From Catajapyx aquilonaris (lineage: Eukaryota), in contig KZ538103.1 in the NCBI GenBank assembly GCA_000934665.2, positions 62,001 to 126,000 on the forward strand: DNA of 64,000 nt, in the 5' to 3' direction. The position numbers and the translations under genes were made by a program. This document shows, piece after piece, positions 49,801 through 63,863 of this stretch (position 1 is the first letter of the stretch; the number at the start of each line of letters is the position of its first letter). The notes beneath the pieces are model-generated. The model was not told where the DNA came from. It made no database searches and saw only the letters and a program-made list of their open reading frames with translations.

Positions 49801-50293
49801 ATATATAAAAGAGAAGAAGCTTGAGCCCGTGCAATCTGCTACACATATCGGATTTCAGTCTGGCCTTTAATGAAGGTCGCTTCAATATTTTATGCATGCA
49901 TTTCCTGGCAGCAGTTACTTTGTCGTTGAGGATTCATCAGACGAGGTTTTTTGGCTTCACGCTCTGTCGCCACATTTTTTTCCTGTAGAAAAAAAATGTC
50001 GTCGCATCTTAATAACTGGGGACGTGTCGAACTTACCGCCTATAAACCTGCAGCCGCACTTGTGACGTCGGTGTCAAAACCCGGGAGCGACGGCTGACGC
50101 TCTTTTCTTTCTTTTTTCAATTTTTTTGACTACTTTTTTTTTGCCCAGTCAACTATCAATTTCATCATCACAGGGTAACTACTGTTTGAACTCGCGACCC
50201 AGAAAACATGACTAAAGAGGGAGCCTGGATCGGATTATGCCCCGTCAATCCTGCGATCTGGCTTGATTGACGGTTTGGTGACATTCGACCCCT

Positions 50294-50307
50294 GCGCCCT
50301 CTGGCGG
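50294..50307 (-). promoter_or_regulatory. CTCF-like binding motif CCGCCAGAGGGCGC
   Basis: Fits the CTCF core CCRCYAGRKGGCRC at all 14 positions. Motif match only. Confidence 0.45.
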
Positions 50308-53300
50308 TGGACATTGACCAACCTCCCCACACATACACATTCTTGTAATATTGCGTTACGCACTTTCTGTATTTAAAAAAAAACTATAATTATAATGGCC
50401 GTCTCTCGTACCTAGTCATCCTCTGTACATAAATGGTGTAAATAATGTACTATTAAGGTGTACAAAATAAATTTGTAAGCCACTTTTTTTCTACAGTGTA
50501 CCATTTTGAGTTTGTTTTTGTTTCAGGGAGTTCAGCCAGTTTTTGCAACAAATTTGGACATTACTTTTTTTCCAGCAAGTCTTTTCGTCGAAGGCTGTTT
50601 GCCAATTACCACCTTCGCACATGGGGTGACTTTTGCATGGGTCAAAGGTTGTTGGCCTGATCCAGTGTACTTGGCCGGTTATCGCACCGAGTTGAGGGCC
50701 TTATAGTACCACGTTTGCAGTGCGATGTAACGTTACATGAGCCGGTATTGACTTCCTGTCGGCCTACATGTGTCCAATTAAATGTTACGATAGCATCTTT
50801 ATGGTTTACGAGCGACAAATACACCGGTACGCGCGATAATTAAATTTACCGCCAGTAATAAACCACCCCATGGCTTCCTGTAACGATCCAATTGGCGGAC
50901 TTGGAAGATACCGCAATTTTTGCACATTTTTTTTGCAGTCATGTTGGCTGGAGGCAAACACAAGGGACGTGATGGACGACACTGCTGAAACTTCTTTTTG
51001 CGAATATCTTTCTTTTTGTGCGACGCGTCCATCCAGTTCTATAAAGATAAGGACGACTATACATCATTGGTGAGGTTTTACGACGCGGGTCGGATCGACA
51101 CTGACTCGCGCCTGGATAACGACGGCCCCGGACTTTTCAATAAGTCTAATTAATGAGGTGGTGGAACACGTCGAAGCTGCCTTTCAAGCAAAAATCCCCA
51201 ATTCCTTTTTCGCCAATTTTTTTGCACTCTTTTTCCGGACGTCCTCTTCCGCGATTCAGTATTCAGACATTAAATCGCCGACAAGGCAGAATTATTCCTT
51301 GGTCCGGATTAACCATCGATTACACGGTAATTATCATTAATCAATGCAGATTTATTCCCCTTCCCGCTCCCCTAATTTGAAAAGTGTTATTATTGCCAGC
51401 GTCTTGTTTGCGGCTGCGACCTTCATTAGTCTTTTGCATTTCGGTTCCCGGAACTTACTTTGCGAGTCTAAGTGAACCCCCCTCCCACCCCCCTCCCACC
51501 ACCCTCCCAACATCCGCCCCCCCTTTTACATTTTGGTCGACCTGAAGGAAATTTAATATTGTCAACTGCCTTGTCGTCTGCGAAACCAGAAGGGAAAGGC
51601 CTGCCAGGAATTCTTTCATCAAAATGGAGCTTCATTGAGTTTCAGGATTCGCCAAGAGAAAAGACGAACGGTGGCGTCAAGAAACTGCTACTGCTATAGC
51701 AGTGATTTGTAGCTGCAGTTCTTTTGATGCGAGTTCAGTGACTTCCAAAACCGCAACGACCCAAGTTTGTCAAACCGCCTTGGCCTGTATATTAAAATAT
51801 ATATAAAAAAAATCGGAAATCGGATTTGAGTAGGCGTGGCTGGTTAACCACGCATCAAACCCAAGCGTAGTTTTTCTCTAATTTTCTCTCCCAGCAGTTA
51901 AAATACGGCTGGGGTGGAAAAAAAGAAGGAACGACCTATTTACAAGCTCATAACAACCCTTTTTTATAGGCCGTAAACAGACTAGCGCCGGGCTTTGACG
52001 CCACCCAGCACTGCACATTGCCATGGGATATCTTATTCCAATTATTTGGAAACATGTCACTGAATCCAACAATGAGGCTCGATAATCAAGTCTACTGAAA
52101 ACTATACGCACATCGGGCTTCTCTCCACCTCTAATATCTATAATATTAAAATTCTTCATTGTATGACCGATGCTTCTGATTGGCCTGCAGTATATTGTTT
52201 GCGATTAGCCTCAGTTCTGCGCCTGCGCAATGGGAGAAGGCAGCGCCTCTGGTGGGTTGGAGGGTATATTTTTAAATATCTGTCTGAGACGACCCAAGTC
52301 CGGCGTTTTAGTGTCCAAAAAGCTAGCAATTTCGGCCTGTTTGATTAGTGCCCCACAGCCAGTAAGTTTCAGGCCATTTCTGGACCCAAGTTTCCGTCCT
52401 GATTGACCCCCCCTTCCATGTCCAAAAAAAAGTTTACGCCCCCCCGCCTGGTCTGGCCCCCCTGAAGCTTTTGGAGCAAGTTAATTTCCCAAGGCAGTGT
52501 CCATTTGGAGCTGGGGCCATGATGGCCCAACATCACTCGCGGTTTGATAGAGAGGCCCCAGGGCTTGCTTTGCGCCCTCCCCCCCCNCACCCCACCACCC
52601 CCTTGCATTATTCCCTTTCATCTTTCCCGCTAGCCAGATACACTCCAGGGCTTTATGACCCGCACACAGCGCTGCTAACTGACCGCCTTCATAAACTCTA
52701 GTCCTAAGCAGCCTTGCGCTTATATAGGCCTGGAATTGAGGGGGGGGGGAGGCATTTTGCGCATCGTGAAAATCCTCTTTTTTTTGTTGGCGTAACCGAT
52801 GGGTAATGACTCCTGAGGGGTTGGGTTCAATCTTCTCTCTCCGATCATTCCTGCAATGATAATTAATTTGGGCAGACTATGCAAAGCTAGTTTTTATGTG
52901 TGTGCAGGATGGGTCGGGGGGTGTCATTATGGATAATGCTGGGTAGAAATTTATTAAAATATTTACATCGGCTGCAATTGTGGCCGATTTATCACCCGGG
53001 AAGGGGTAGGGGGGAGGGGGCGAGACAGGCTGCGATTGGATTTAATTGCCGCAATCTGCGCAAGTTTCAAAGTGAAGCCTGCTAATGACCCCAGCACGGC
53101 CAGGAATGTGTGTTGCCTCGGCATACCTGAGTTCTAATGTTGTAATTAATTATTGTACAGGATGGCCCACACTCCAAACATGGGTTGGCAGCTATTGATT
53201 GTTGTCACAGCAAGCAACCAGCAGCAACACAGCTATTTTCACAATAACCGCTACTGCTGCAATACCCGTTATTGTTCTAATAACTGATGCTATTGGCAGC

Positions 53301-56300
53301 AATAATGTAATTTCAGGTTTAAAAATGGGCTTGGGGAGTTGTACCAGGCTGTAGTAACCGAGCTGGTGGGATGAATATGTGTGCAAATGTGGTGTGTGCA
53401 TATGAAGGTGACCAATCAGCAATGAAACGTGCCAGTGCCCCGAGCCATAAAATTTGGGGCAGATTTTGAGTGCTTTCCCGCAGCATCCCCCCACTAGTAA
53501 ATAAGCCGTTGAGAGAACCCACCAAAATCGATCAATCCAATGGCCCACCCCCTCCTCCCCCGAAAATTGCATTATCCGCCTGCATTGTTTCTGCCTGCAA
53601 TTTTTTTCGCTCCAAAAAAATTATAACCGCCCTTATAACCTCCCCGCAACATAACCCCAGGTTTTTTTCCCCCTCCAAACCATGGATGTTTTTCAGGTGG
53701 GAATCACAAGTTCATTACCGCTCATGTCGCTATCGGAATAATTATGGCCGGGTGAAAAATGCCCCTCTCTGTTGATGGGACATCAAGATTACGTCACTCA
53801 ACAATTGCGGTTCACGATTTGTAATCTGGTTTGCTGAGCAGGCGGGTTTTTGGGGGTGGGCCCATTATGAAGACATCGCCAAAAACATATGACCGCACAA
53901 TATTGATATTTCGCCGGAAAAAGAAAAATGGAATATGGCGACAGGTTATTAATGGCCGCCAGTCATGCGAGAAGAGAGAACTCAGCAGGCAGAGGGGCAG
54001 GAAATAACTACATTTTCTATAAATACGTACTACATGAGGTTGAATTCATAGAGGTTGTCGAACTTAAAACGCGCCGATTAAAATTTGCACGTACAAATTT
54101 AAAATATTATGGAGCGGGATATGACGTCATGAACCACAACGTATGACGTCACTCAATGACATCATCCATGCCTAGGTCGTGGGCCCTGGAATATTTTGGC
54201 TCCAATGATGAAAGAATTTGCAACATTTCCTATAAATGCGAGAGAACAAATAAATTATTTTTTTTCTTCCGCTATTTTCAACTGTCGGCATCATATCGAG
54301 TAGGAACCGCGATTTAACGCACGTACTGTTCCCACAAAAGCCTACAGTGGAAACATTGTTTGGCAAATTCTATTTGATAGCGGTTCTGGCAAAAGTTCAC
54401 GCGCCGCCAAAGTTCTTTTCCGCCAGCTTTGCAAAAATAAATTTTGCGTTTGACTCGGCGGCATGCTTGCTTTTAAACGCTGGCGTCAAAATATTTTTGC
54501 GCGGCAGCACGGCCAGTCTCTGGATTTAACACCCACAACTGTCATTGAACCAGATATACTCGGGGCTGAAAAAAATATATGCAATATCTCAGAGAGTTAG
54601 TTGATTACCAGCATCTCTCGTCACATGCACATTGCACATTGTACGAGAGCAAGGTTCAATTTTAGCAAGCGAGACTTTTCAACCAATTAGGATCCGTCCT
54701 TGGCCCGCTTTTTATTTATTTATTTTTGCAAAGAAGGATCAGGCTGTAGTGCAAATTCAGCCTTGTTTCGTTTTCGCAACGGGATGTGCAAGCCCGTTTT
54801 GTCCGGGCCGCTTTCCATTTGCTAAAAAAAGCAGATGTTATTGGCAAATAAGTCATGAACAGCACTGTAAGGATTTCAAACGTGTACTACCTGTACAATG
54901 CATTTTCCCCCCGAATATTGCGTCATGCAGGTTTAATTACAGCCTTTTCAGGCCTGTGTAATGTTTACTCCAGCAACCTGTATGTACTGTACCACATTAT
55001 GTACAGTACTATATTTAATATTCCCTTCCCCTAGTGAATCTTAGGTTCAATTTGAAGAGTTGAACTTTTCGGGGCAAGGAGCAATTGTGACTTGATCAAT
55101 CGAATCTTAATTGCATTTCACAGCCGTACACTTTGCACACTTCCACCCCCAATTTTCTTTAATTAATGTTTCCAGCTTTCCAATTAAAGCAGCTTGTTGG
55201 GTTTCGAAGGGAACGGAGGGTGGCTAGGGGGGGGGGGGTGGAGAAAAGGGGGGGATCCAGTTTCCATTCGACTGATTTGCTAATAACGTTCTTCGCTAAT
55301 AAGTGAATCAAAAGTGTTGGAAACAATATCGCCTGATTACGCGCTTTTTCTACCGGCAGGATTGAATTTGGGCCCTCAAAATTAAGATTCTTCCTTCCAC
55401 CATTTTTTTGGTGGAGCGTCTACCGCCCCCTTCCATTTTTGGGTCCTTTTCAGTGCAGACGCAGGTGTCCTTTAAACCCGTCTCCTGTGTCCTTTTAGTG
55501 TCCGTCACGCAATCCGTCCCGAAAGTGATGTGGTAAAGTGATCAGGCCACTTCACAAGGGCCAAGCCCGGGATTCTGCCAGCTGCCCTCTTCCTTCTTCA
55601 GTGCCGACAATTGTTGGCTTGTTGGAGAGGGGGGGTCAGTGAAAAAGAGCAGCTGGACCTCAGGCCGGATCAGGAGAAAGCCATGACCTCGGACATGTTT
55701 TTTCGCACAATTTTTGCCGCGATTTACTATACGGAGAAGTTGACACACACTTTACTTTCAGGCCCGGTTGCTGATTCTCATTGAATCGACATTGACTATT
55801 CTCTCCAGCTTTAAATTGAGTAGGATTGTGTAAGAGTATGATGATTCCGGACCGACGCGTACTGCCTCAGTGCAAGTGCAACGAGAGCGTAATAAAACCC
55901 GCCTTTGTCCAATTTAAAAAAAAATAAAAAAGCCCTCTCCAGGCCATATTGTTCTAGGATATGAAAAGAAGCTGGTACCAAATGGAGTGGAGGGTGGATG
56001 GAAGGGGGGGAAATGCACTTGATTGGAGCAAACGGCTTTTCGGCGTTTCTTTGTTCCATTGTCGGTCCTTTTTTAAAAGCAGGCAGAGCATCCAGTGGAG
56101 CACACTGATCGATCGGGAGAGAGGGGGGGGGGGGGGCTTCCCTTGTAACTCGCATGCAATGCAGGTGAGCATATGCCTCGAGGGGTCGGGAAGTCTAATC
56201 AGCACTTGGGGGACACTTCATGACATGCAGTGGGTTAGTCCATGCTCCAAGATGAAGGGGGGAGATGTTATGCATTATTTGCCATATCAACCAGCATTAA

Positions 56301-59300
56301 CAATCAAATGGTGACTTCCAAGCAAATCAGCAATTATATGTGTTATTGATCAGAGCCAGTTGCGAAAACTGTTTTTCTTGATATGCCTCTGCCTGATGAA
56401 GCCAAAAGGAACCATGCAAACATTTCCTTCAACTTTGGGGTATTATCCCGGACCTGGAATGGCAGAGGTTGCCTTAACTTTCATTGGCCACTTTCAAACC
56501 ATGCCAACCAAACCCTGGAGGCCCCCGTACCTGTTGAGTTTCCACTACTGTTTGCAATTTAGATTTGCACAGAGGCAGAGCTCGGAAGCAGTTCCATTGT
56601 TATTTTACGCTTATTTGTTGCTCAGATAGGCAGGCTCGCGAATATTTCATGCAAACTCGAGGGAAGCTGCGTTTGCAAGTCTACGATGCGCAATTTTGTA
56701 TACTTCGCCTTTGGCTGCATGGGGCCCAAGTTTGCGTAACTAGCCGATTAAGCAACGTATATACACACACAAAAAAAGGAGAGTTTCACGACAGAAAGTA
56801 TTGCCACTTAGCTTATTTAGCTCCCCCCAAAACCGCCATCAATTTGCAAGCAAGGAATTAATCCCTAACGCCTTTCCAGCAAACTTGGAAAGCATGTAAG
56901 CGGCAGAAAAGCCAACTTAATCCCTCCACCACATTGTGTCAAGGGGGGGCAAAAGAAAACTTTTGGGTTTGGAGGAGGAGGAGGAGGAGGGAGAAGGAAA
57001 GGCTTCAATATCATTAAAAGCAAGTTAGAGCCTCTTAGCTCCGGGGTTTGACAAGAAGTCCGCCGCCGTCTTGTGCTGGCGGACACTTCCGGAAGAAGGG
57101 CGGTATTTTTCCGGATGGCTGGACAAATCATCCGGTTCCGGGATAAGGCTCCCGAATTAATTTAGCCGGCGCCGAATGGCTGATAAAGGGGGGCCCCCTC
57201 CGCATTTAACGGTGGCGGGATCTATCTTTTTGAGCTTTGCCCAAAAAGAGAGCGCGCGCACGTGGAGTAAGTACCGCTGCTCCTGCATACATAAATAATC
57301 GTCCGGGGGTCCGGAATTGGCAAGGCTCGACACTGCGCAATCTGGAGATATTGCCCATAAAGGCTAATGGATGCACCTCGGGAGGAGGATTGCCGCTGCC
57401 TATTAGCCCAACAATCGGAGCCTAAGCATTATCTCGGGAGTTAAGAAGCGACTGTGGGCGCCTCGGGGGTTTGCTGATGGAACCAGAGTTGCCAACTGGC
57501 GCCATCTACACTCTGCATGGGGAACTTGCCAGCTCATGTGGCGCCATCTTCACTTTTGCTGTGTGGCTCCATCTTAGGAGCGAGAGTCTGGCGCCGTTAT
57601 TTCCCTTTGGTGTAATAAGTGCGGGCGTGCTTCAATTGGTGACATCCGGGCAGATTCCAGCGCGCGCTTGGAGCAATTTCCAGCCTCTCTCTCTGAGGGA
57701 GGGAAGGGGGGGGGGCGACTCCATTAAAGGGTGGTGTGTAACTAAAGGCCACAGGATGAATGGCATCCTGTCCTGGAGGCAGTGGGGGAAAAGGCTGCTC
57801 CTACACTTTGTACGTTAATCAGCCACAAAAGCAACTGCACAAAATCCGCTGCTGGCCCAGCTAACTCGGCAAACAAAGCAGGTGAGAAAATCCCTTTTCC
57901 CCACCCTCAGAGAGGAGGTTGGGAGGGTATGCAAATGAACTGGACACAATCCCGAGCCAATAAGGAGGTAATAATGGTGTGGGCGTGCAAGGAAAGAGCA
58001 ACCACCCCCTTTTCCTCGCTCGCTTCTTTGCTTCATCCTATATACCCAGGCCTATTGATCTAAAGCATAGCTAGCTTGGGTTGGTGGTGGTGAGGAGGAG
58101 GTGGAGGAGGAGGCTTGGAAGGGAACTGAGCTGGTTTGGTGGCGTTTAGTGCAGCCTGGCCTTTCCCGCTGGGTTTGATCCGATTTGGATCTGAAATATT
58201 GTGTACCTCTCCAGGTTTAGGGAACACTAGTCTCGTTTAAACGACGCCGCCCGTTTAAAAAAAAAATACAGTAGTCGGAAGTCGCTGGTGACCTGGCACG
58301 AATAATATTGTACGGCAATTACTGGCTGCCGGAAATTCATTCGAGCAAAAGTCCAATCCATCCGAAAAGGTGTGTGAATAAAATAAAAGAAAAGGATGGA
58401 ACGTCCTGCGCTTAGTAAAGTGTTCTCAGGCAATAAGTGGAAGGAGCTTTAGAGAGGAGGTGGGGAGGGGGGGGGGGAGACAAAAGAGGCTCCGGGGCTG
58501 GCTGTTTCGTATTCCGGAGCAGCTGTATGGAATGTGATTGGAAGCAATTTCTGTGGAGACGGCTGAAGTTTGGTCTTCGCCTCCCAGTCGACAGGGCAGA
58601 GCATAAAATCTCGGGGAATAAAAGAAAGAAGAAGAAGAGAAGAAGAAGAAGGAAAAAAAAAGCGCGAGCAGCAGGAGGATTACAAGCTCGCGTTCAATAA
58701 AGATGCGCCTCGTGAGTACACTTTGCTCGAGTCACGTTGAGCCCAGGGCGTGACGTCACGAACAGATCGTTTGATATCCCTACGTGCGTTCAACTTTTTA
58801 GCACCTACAAAGTCATATTTAACAGTTTTCTGGGGGGAGAAAGAGCCTGCTCAGCCGCAGAGAAGAAAAAAAAGAGGGACGTTTACACCTGGACTTTCTT
58901 TCCCCCCCCCCCGGATGATTCTGGCTCGGACAATTTTTAATCCTTATATTGCTTTTAATTACACACGCTTAACTCGAACACATTAATAATGCTTCCCGAT
59001 GATTCAAATTAATTGCGATAATAACCACTGGGTAAAATCTAGTGTGCGTGTCCTGAACACCGTAATTGCACCACAAAAATGGATTCCCACTGGATTTCAG
59101 CCGGAATCCCCCGGATTTTTCCTCCCGGAGCATACCATGTCGGTCCTACATCATATACCCGGAAAACGTCGAGCTTTGACCGTACCCCTCGAGACACATT
59201 ATGATGTTTGTGGGCCATCACAAAGAGGCACGAGCCTTTTCCTTCCCTCCCTCCGGACGCTAGGGACACAACCCGGCAGGACTTTCAAAAAAAGAAAAAA

Positions 59301-62300
59301 AAAACCTAGTAAATCCAATATTGAAGAGTGCGCCCGTACTCTTTTTCCCCCTCCTCCCCATCCCTTGTCATATGGAGCATGCTCTGGAGAATAATTTGCA
59401 GGAAAGCCATCCGCGTTAAATTTTGCAACGACTCCAGCTGCATTCCTTCCCATCCTTTTCCCCTCCCACCCATCCCGACTATCCAATTTACATTCCTGTT
59501 GACATTAGTAGAGAGTGAGCTTAGCGCGAGAATAAACTTTGCCACTGCTGGCTTACCATCTCACAATAAAGTGTAGGTGGAGAGAAAGCGGTTATCACAC
59601 ACATATACGAGCGGCCGCAAACCGACCGGCAGGAAAAGGTATCCCGGAGAAACTTTTATTAACGCGGCTGGAGTCCCCAACACTGCATTTACGGCCGTCT
59701 GTATTAGCATGTCCGACGGAGCAGCAAAATGGCGTCCCCCATTTGACCTCCGACCGGGCATTCATTCCCTGACGGACAAGAACTCCGGAATGCTCATTTG
59801 TATCCCTCCCCACCCGACCATGGTCCCAGCTAATGCTCCAAACTTGTGGTATGTCCGGTGCTTCGGTGATGAGCCGGGATGTTCAGCACCGTAATTAAAA
59901 AACATACCCGCTGTCCTTTATAGCCCCTGTACTATAGGAGACGAAAAGGTGCGGCTGCTAAGGGTAAGCTAAGCCATAACCGCGCAGCGTGGCAACACTA
60001 CAAAAAATATATCACCGTGTAACTTGGGTTGCATCATGCAAGGATGAAAAGTACCCAAGTACCTTTGGAAGATTTTTTTAAAAAAAGTGCAACAATTAAT
60101 AACTATAGGGATGCATTCGTCGCGGTGGCACAAAAAGGGGGGTTGTGTTGTAGTGTGGTTTGCAACCACACACGCATCCACACACACATGCCACACAGCC
60201 CAGAAACCAATCCGTTAAGTCTCCCCCCCTCTCGACAACACTACCCTTCTGGCGTTTTTGGCAGCTCTGCCCCCGTACCCACAACTTGTGTTATGGGCCA
60301 GCACTCCCAAACCTATTCATCTTGGCCTGTCAGCAACATTTCATTTGTCTTCGTCGCGTTGCGTTTCCATCTACACGCTACAGACTTCCTGCCTTGTCAC
60401 GATGACCGCTTCCAGTCCAACCCACACACACACACTACTGCAGCCAGGACCTGACCACAACAATAGGATGTATACATACGTACAGTCAAACATAGACGAG
60501 TAACTACCTTGTGAAACACAGCATATTATTATTATTAAAATAGTTGCAGACGGTTTACCGCATGAACGCTGGCTTTGTGTAAACCTACTCTCTCTGTACG
60601 TGCGAGGTGTAATATTGTAATTACGAGCAAGTGCTGCGGCAGGTCCAAACAAATTCTACGTATGTGCATTACTTCTATAGGTACACATCACGCAAATTAT
60701 TCATTCGGCAGAGTAGAAGCCAATTATATTACGAGCTCTATAGAACATTATACAAGAATTTCTGCCGTAGCCCTGTAAACAGCTTCTCGCTACAGTAACT
60801 TCAGTATTATTCTGTCTACATTGTACAGCACAATTCGGTGTATGATAGATCAAGAAGGGAAGTCACCCGGGCGGAAAATAGTGTCACTTTTCCTGGCAGA
60901 CCACCTTCTTGTACGCGACAGTTTAGCACAAAAAAACTGGGCCAAGTATAGTGTAGCATCACCCTGTAGTTGGCGCCGGAGAATAGTTTTCGTAATGTTT
61001 GAAAAAGGTGGCTCAATAAAAAAAAGGAGGCTTCGTCCTTCCTACCCGAAAGGAAGAGTCTGCACCTATTGATTGGGTCGTAAAGTATGCGTAAAAAGAG
61101 GGGGGCTTTTGGGGAATGGCCCCCGTCCATTCGGCCATTCGGGCCCCCTCTCTTTTATTCCACCCAACCCACCCACCCGATTTTTGGGGAGGCAGAAAGA
61201 GTCGGTTCTTTTGGCCGAACAAAGAGGCCAAATCAAGTGGCGCGATCTGATCTTGTACAAGAATGATTCAATCGCTACATTTTGGAAGGTATACTTTAAT
61301 ACTGTTGATAGGGCTCATCCTGCGTGTCATGCAACCTTGGCAGCATGAGTCAGTACTGGAAATCGAAACGGCGCCGAGTGCAGTTGATTGTTGCAATAAC
61401 TGCTGTTTTTTATGTAGGAAGCGACCAAGAAAATAAAACCGCGTAAATTACCCCCTCTTTATTAATAAAAAGATGGGTTGTCTCCCTGGCTGCTAAACGG
61501 GGGGTATTCAAAATGAGAGTCCGCCTAATTACTCCCCCAGCTAAGGAATAAAAGAATGGTGTACAGGATGTCAGTGACACACTGTGGGTCTCCCCCCGCG
61601 ATGGTGCAGTAGAGTGTGTTGGAGATGGCTGCTGCCATGACTCAAGCTGGAATAAGGGAGGGTTGGTTGGGCCCATGTCTGCCAACCATCCCAGCCACTA
61701 AACAAATTCCCTTTGTCTGAACCAACAAAGCAGCTCTTTGCTTCCCTTGTTGCCCATCCCCCTTACACATTTTGCGCTCATTTTTTTCCACTTCAAAAAA
61801 CCGAAAGTGTAGTCCAGGGGGTGACACAAAAAAAAATTGAAAAAAAAGAGATGCGGGGTCCATTTTGAGCATTGGTGTCACCAGCAGTGGACCAGCCATA
61901 AATTTTGGGGTGGGGGGTGTGGACCGATCTGAATTAATCTCCGGGCCAGAAATAACTAATCACCTTTTGCCACTATTTTTTTAGTCAGGGGTGGTGTTGG
62001 GCCGATTGATAATTCATTTGCGAGCTGGAGGCATATGCATATTCCATGATTCCTGGAATAAATTAACAACAACGGCGGTGCAAAACCGCCGCAGGGGCAC
62101 GGGCTTAATTCCTTTTGGTTACCGACAAATAAATCACTTAAAGGGTGACAGGGACAAACGGGGATGACGACAACCGGGCCTGACTCATCGGAGGTCACGG
62201 GGTTAAGGAACTGCTTCTCTGTTTGTCCTGGACTGTAAGCAAACAAAGGAATTTGTTTGCTGGTGTTGCTTTTTTTCACCTGCGTGCGCTGGCCCAGCAA

Positions 62301-63594
62301 TTTTTCAATCGTTCGCAATTATTGCGGTCCAGCACGCAGCCTGGCAAAAATTTTGTGTTGGAATTATTGTTGCAAGGTGTTTAATTCAGGAAGGGTCCTC
62401 CAGGCTGTAACTTTTAATCAGGCACCTGCCCCATAATTTCAGGCGGTTAAAAGATATGACAGCACACCTGGTGACACCTGGCATAAATCACCCGACCCAC
62501 TCGCTGGATTCATTTTGATAATTGTGCGAGGTACTGATTAAAATTCCGCAGACTCGTAAGACATCAAAAATATTTAAACTTATTCCACAAGTACACAGCA
62601 CTGTTGATTTTCTGTTCATAAAGGGACGTGCCCTGTACCACCAACATGACAACGTGGCACTGCAGCGGTTACGATACCCTTTAAACCGCAGCATGGAGTT
62701 TGGCAATACCGAGTGTACACAGCCATCGAAAGCTAACGTTTTGTTGTCGAATTTGTCAGCAAAACGATCCGGATCCTGCAGCGTTTTGTGCACCACCCCC
62801 CACCCTTTTCCAATCCTCAATTGGAGTTTAAAGTCCGGAGGGAAAGTTGGCGGTATTGGTGGTGGTCCTGGTATAGTCCCCCCCCCCCCTCCCTCTGAAC
62901 CAAGCCCTTTTTTTGTGTGTATGGGGGGGGGGGGCGATTCAAGCCCATTACAAATCGATGGCGTCCAAGGTATTGATCTTGGACGTCCCTCTCGGTACAT
63001 CTGCATAATTAATCCAGTGCGCGGGTGTCACAAAAGTGCAACTCTTTTTTTCCCCCCCACCCCACTCCCTTGGTCTTCCATTTTGATGAGTTGCAGGATG
63101 TGTAAGGGGTGAGGGAAAAGACGGCTACAAGCCACGCGCATCCAATGAAATGAAAGGGGGATGTCTTTTGATGTGAACCCCCCTCCCTCCCTCCTGCTGT
63201 AATGAGCTTATGTAGATTAGTAGTCCACACCGAACATTACATCTACGTAATGAAATTCACAACCTTGCCAAAAAAAAGTGGACGCGCAAAAAAAAAATTG
63301 GACACAAAAAATGCATGAAAACCCATGGGAAAAGTGGGTTTATTCTTACCGTCACGTATGTGTACATTAAAGCTTTACAATGGATTTAATCTTATGCGAG
63401 GGGCCCCCATTGTGCAGGCCGGCACTTCGGACCAATTAACTTATTTCATTCTCAACTTTCTTCTCCCCCCCTTCACCAGTTAATTGCAGGACTTACTTAA
63501 TAATCTTTTCATGCAACTGCGGCTGTTACGCCTTCATTGCCATCATTTCGCAGCCAGACATTTTGCAAAATTTCATTCTACTCCTAAATGAGCA

Positions 63595-63649
<55 letters not shown>
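63595..63649. repeat. (TAT)n / (AAT)n microsatellite
   Basis: Directly visible, about 18 units. Confidence 0.98.
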
Positions 63650-63707
63650 GGACATAGCTTTATTCCCCTCTTTTGTATCTCCTTGCAGCAGAAAAGTCGA
63701 TTGCGAG

Positions 63708-63863
63708 TGACGTCATACTTGACAAAGATTTTCTAACGTCATATCTCACAAAACAGGCATTTATTACGCCATATCTGACAGGCAACATGTTTTATGACGT
63801 CATAACTGGCAGGCAGAGCATTTACGACGTCACACGTGACCACAAAAGGCATTTATGACGTCA
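63708..63863. repeat. Degenerate ~30-bp minisatellite with a TGACGTCA core, 6 units
   Basis: Cores start at 63708, 63734, 63764, 63795, 63825 and 63856 (spacing 26, 30, 31, 30, 31). Approximate consensus GCATTTATGACGTCATATCTGACA. Confidence 0.8.

Noticed and set aside
62488..63112. Overlapping 196-aa and 172-aa ORFs, plus the many 60-180 aa ORFs in the flanks
   Set aside because: Low-complexity translations of G/C and A/T runs, many with non-ATG starts, no codon bias and no recognisable motifs. Small exons of a spliced gene cannot be fully excluded without RNA data.
63708..63863. CRISPR-like appearance of a conserved core with variable intervals
   Set aside because: The period is only ~30 bp, the intervals resemble each other, the repeats are degenerate, there are no cas genes, and the context is eukaryotic.
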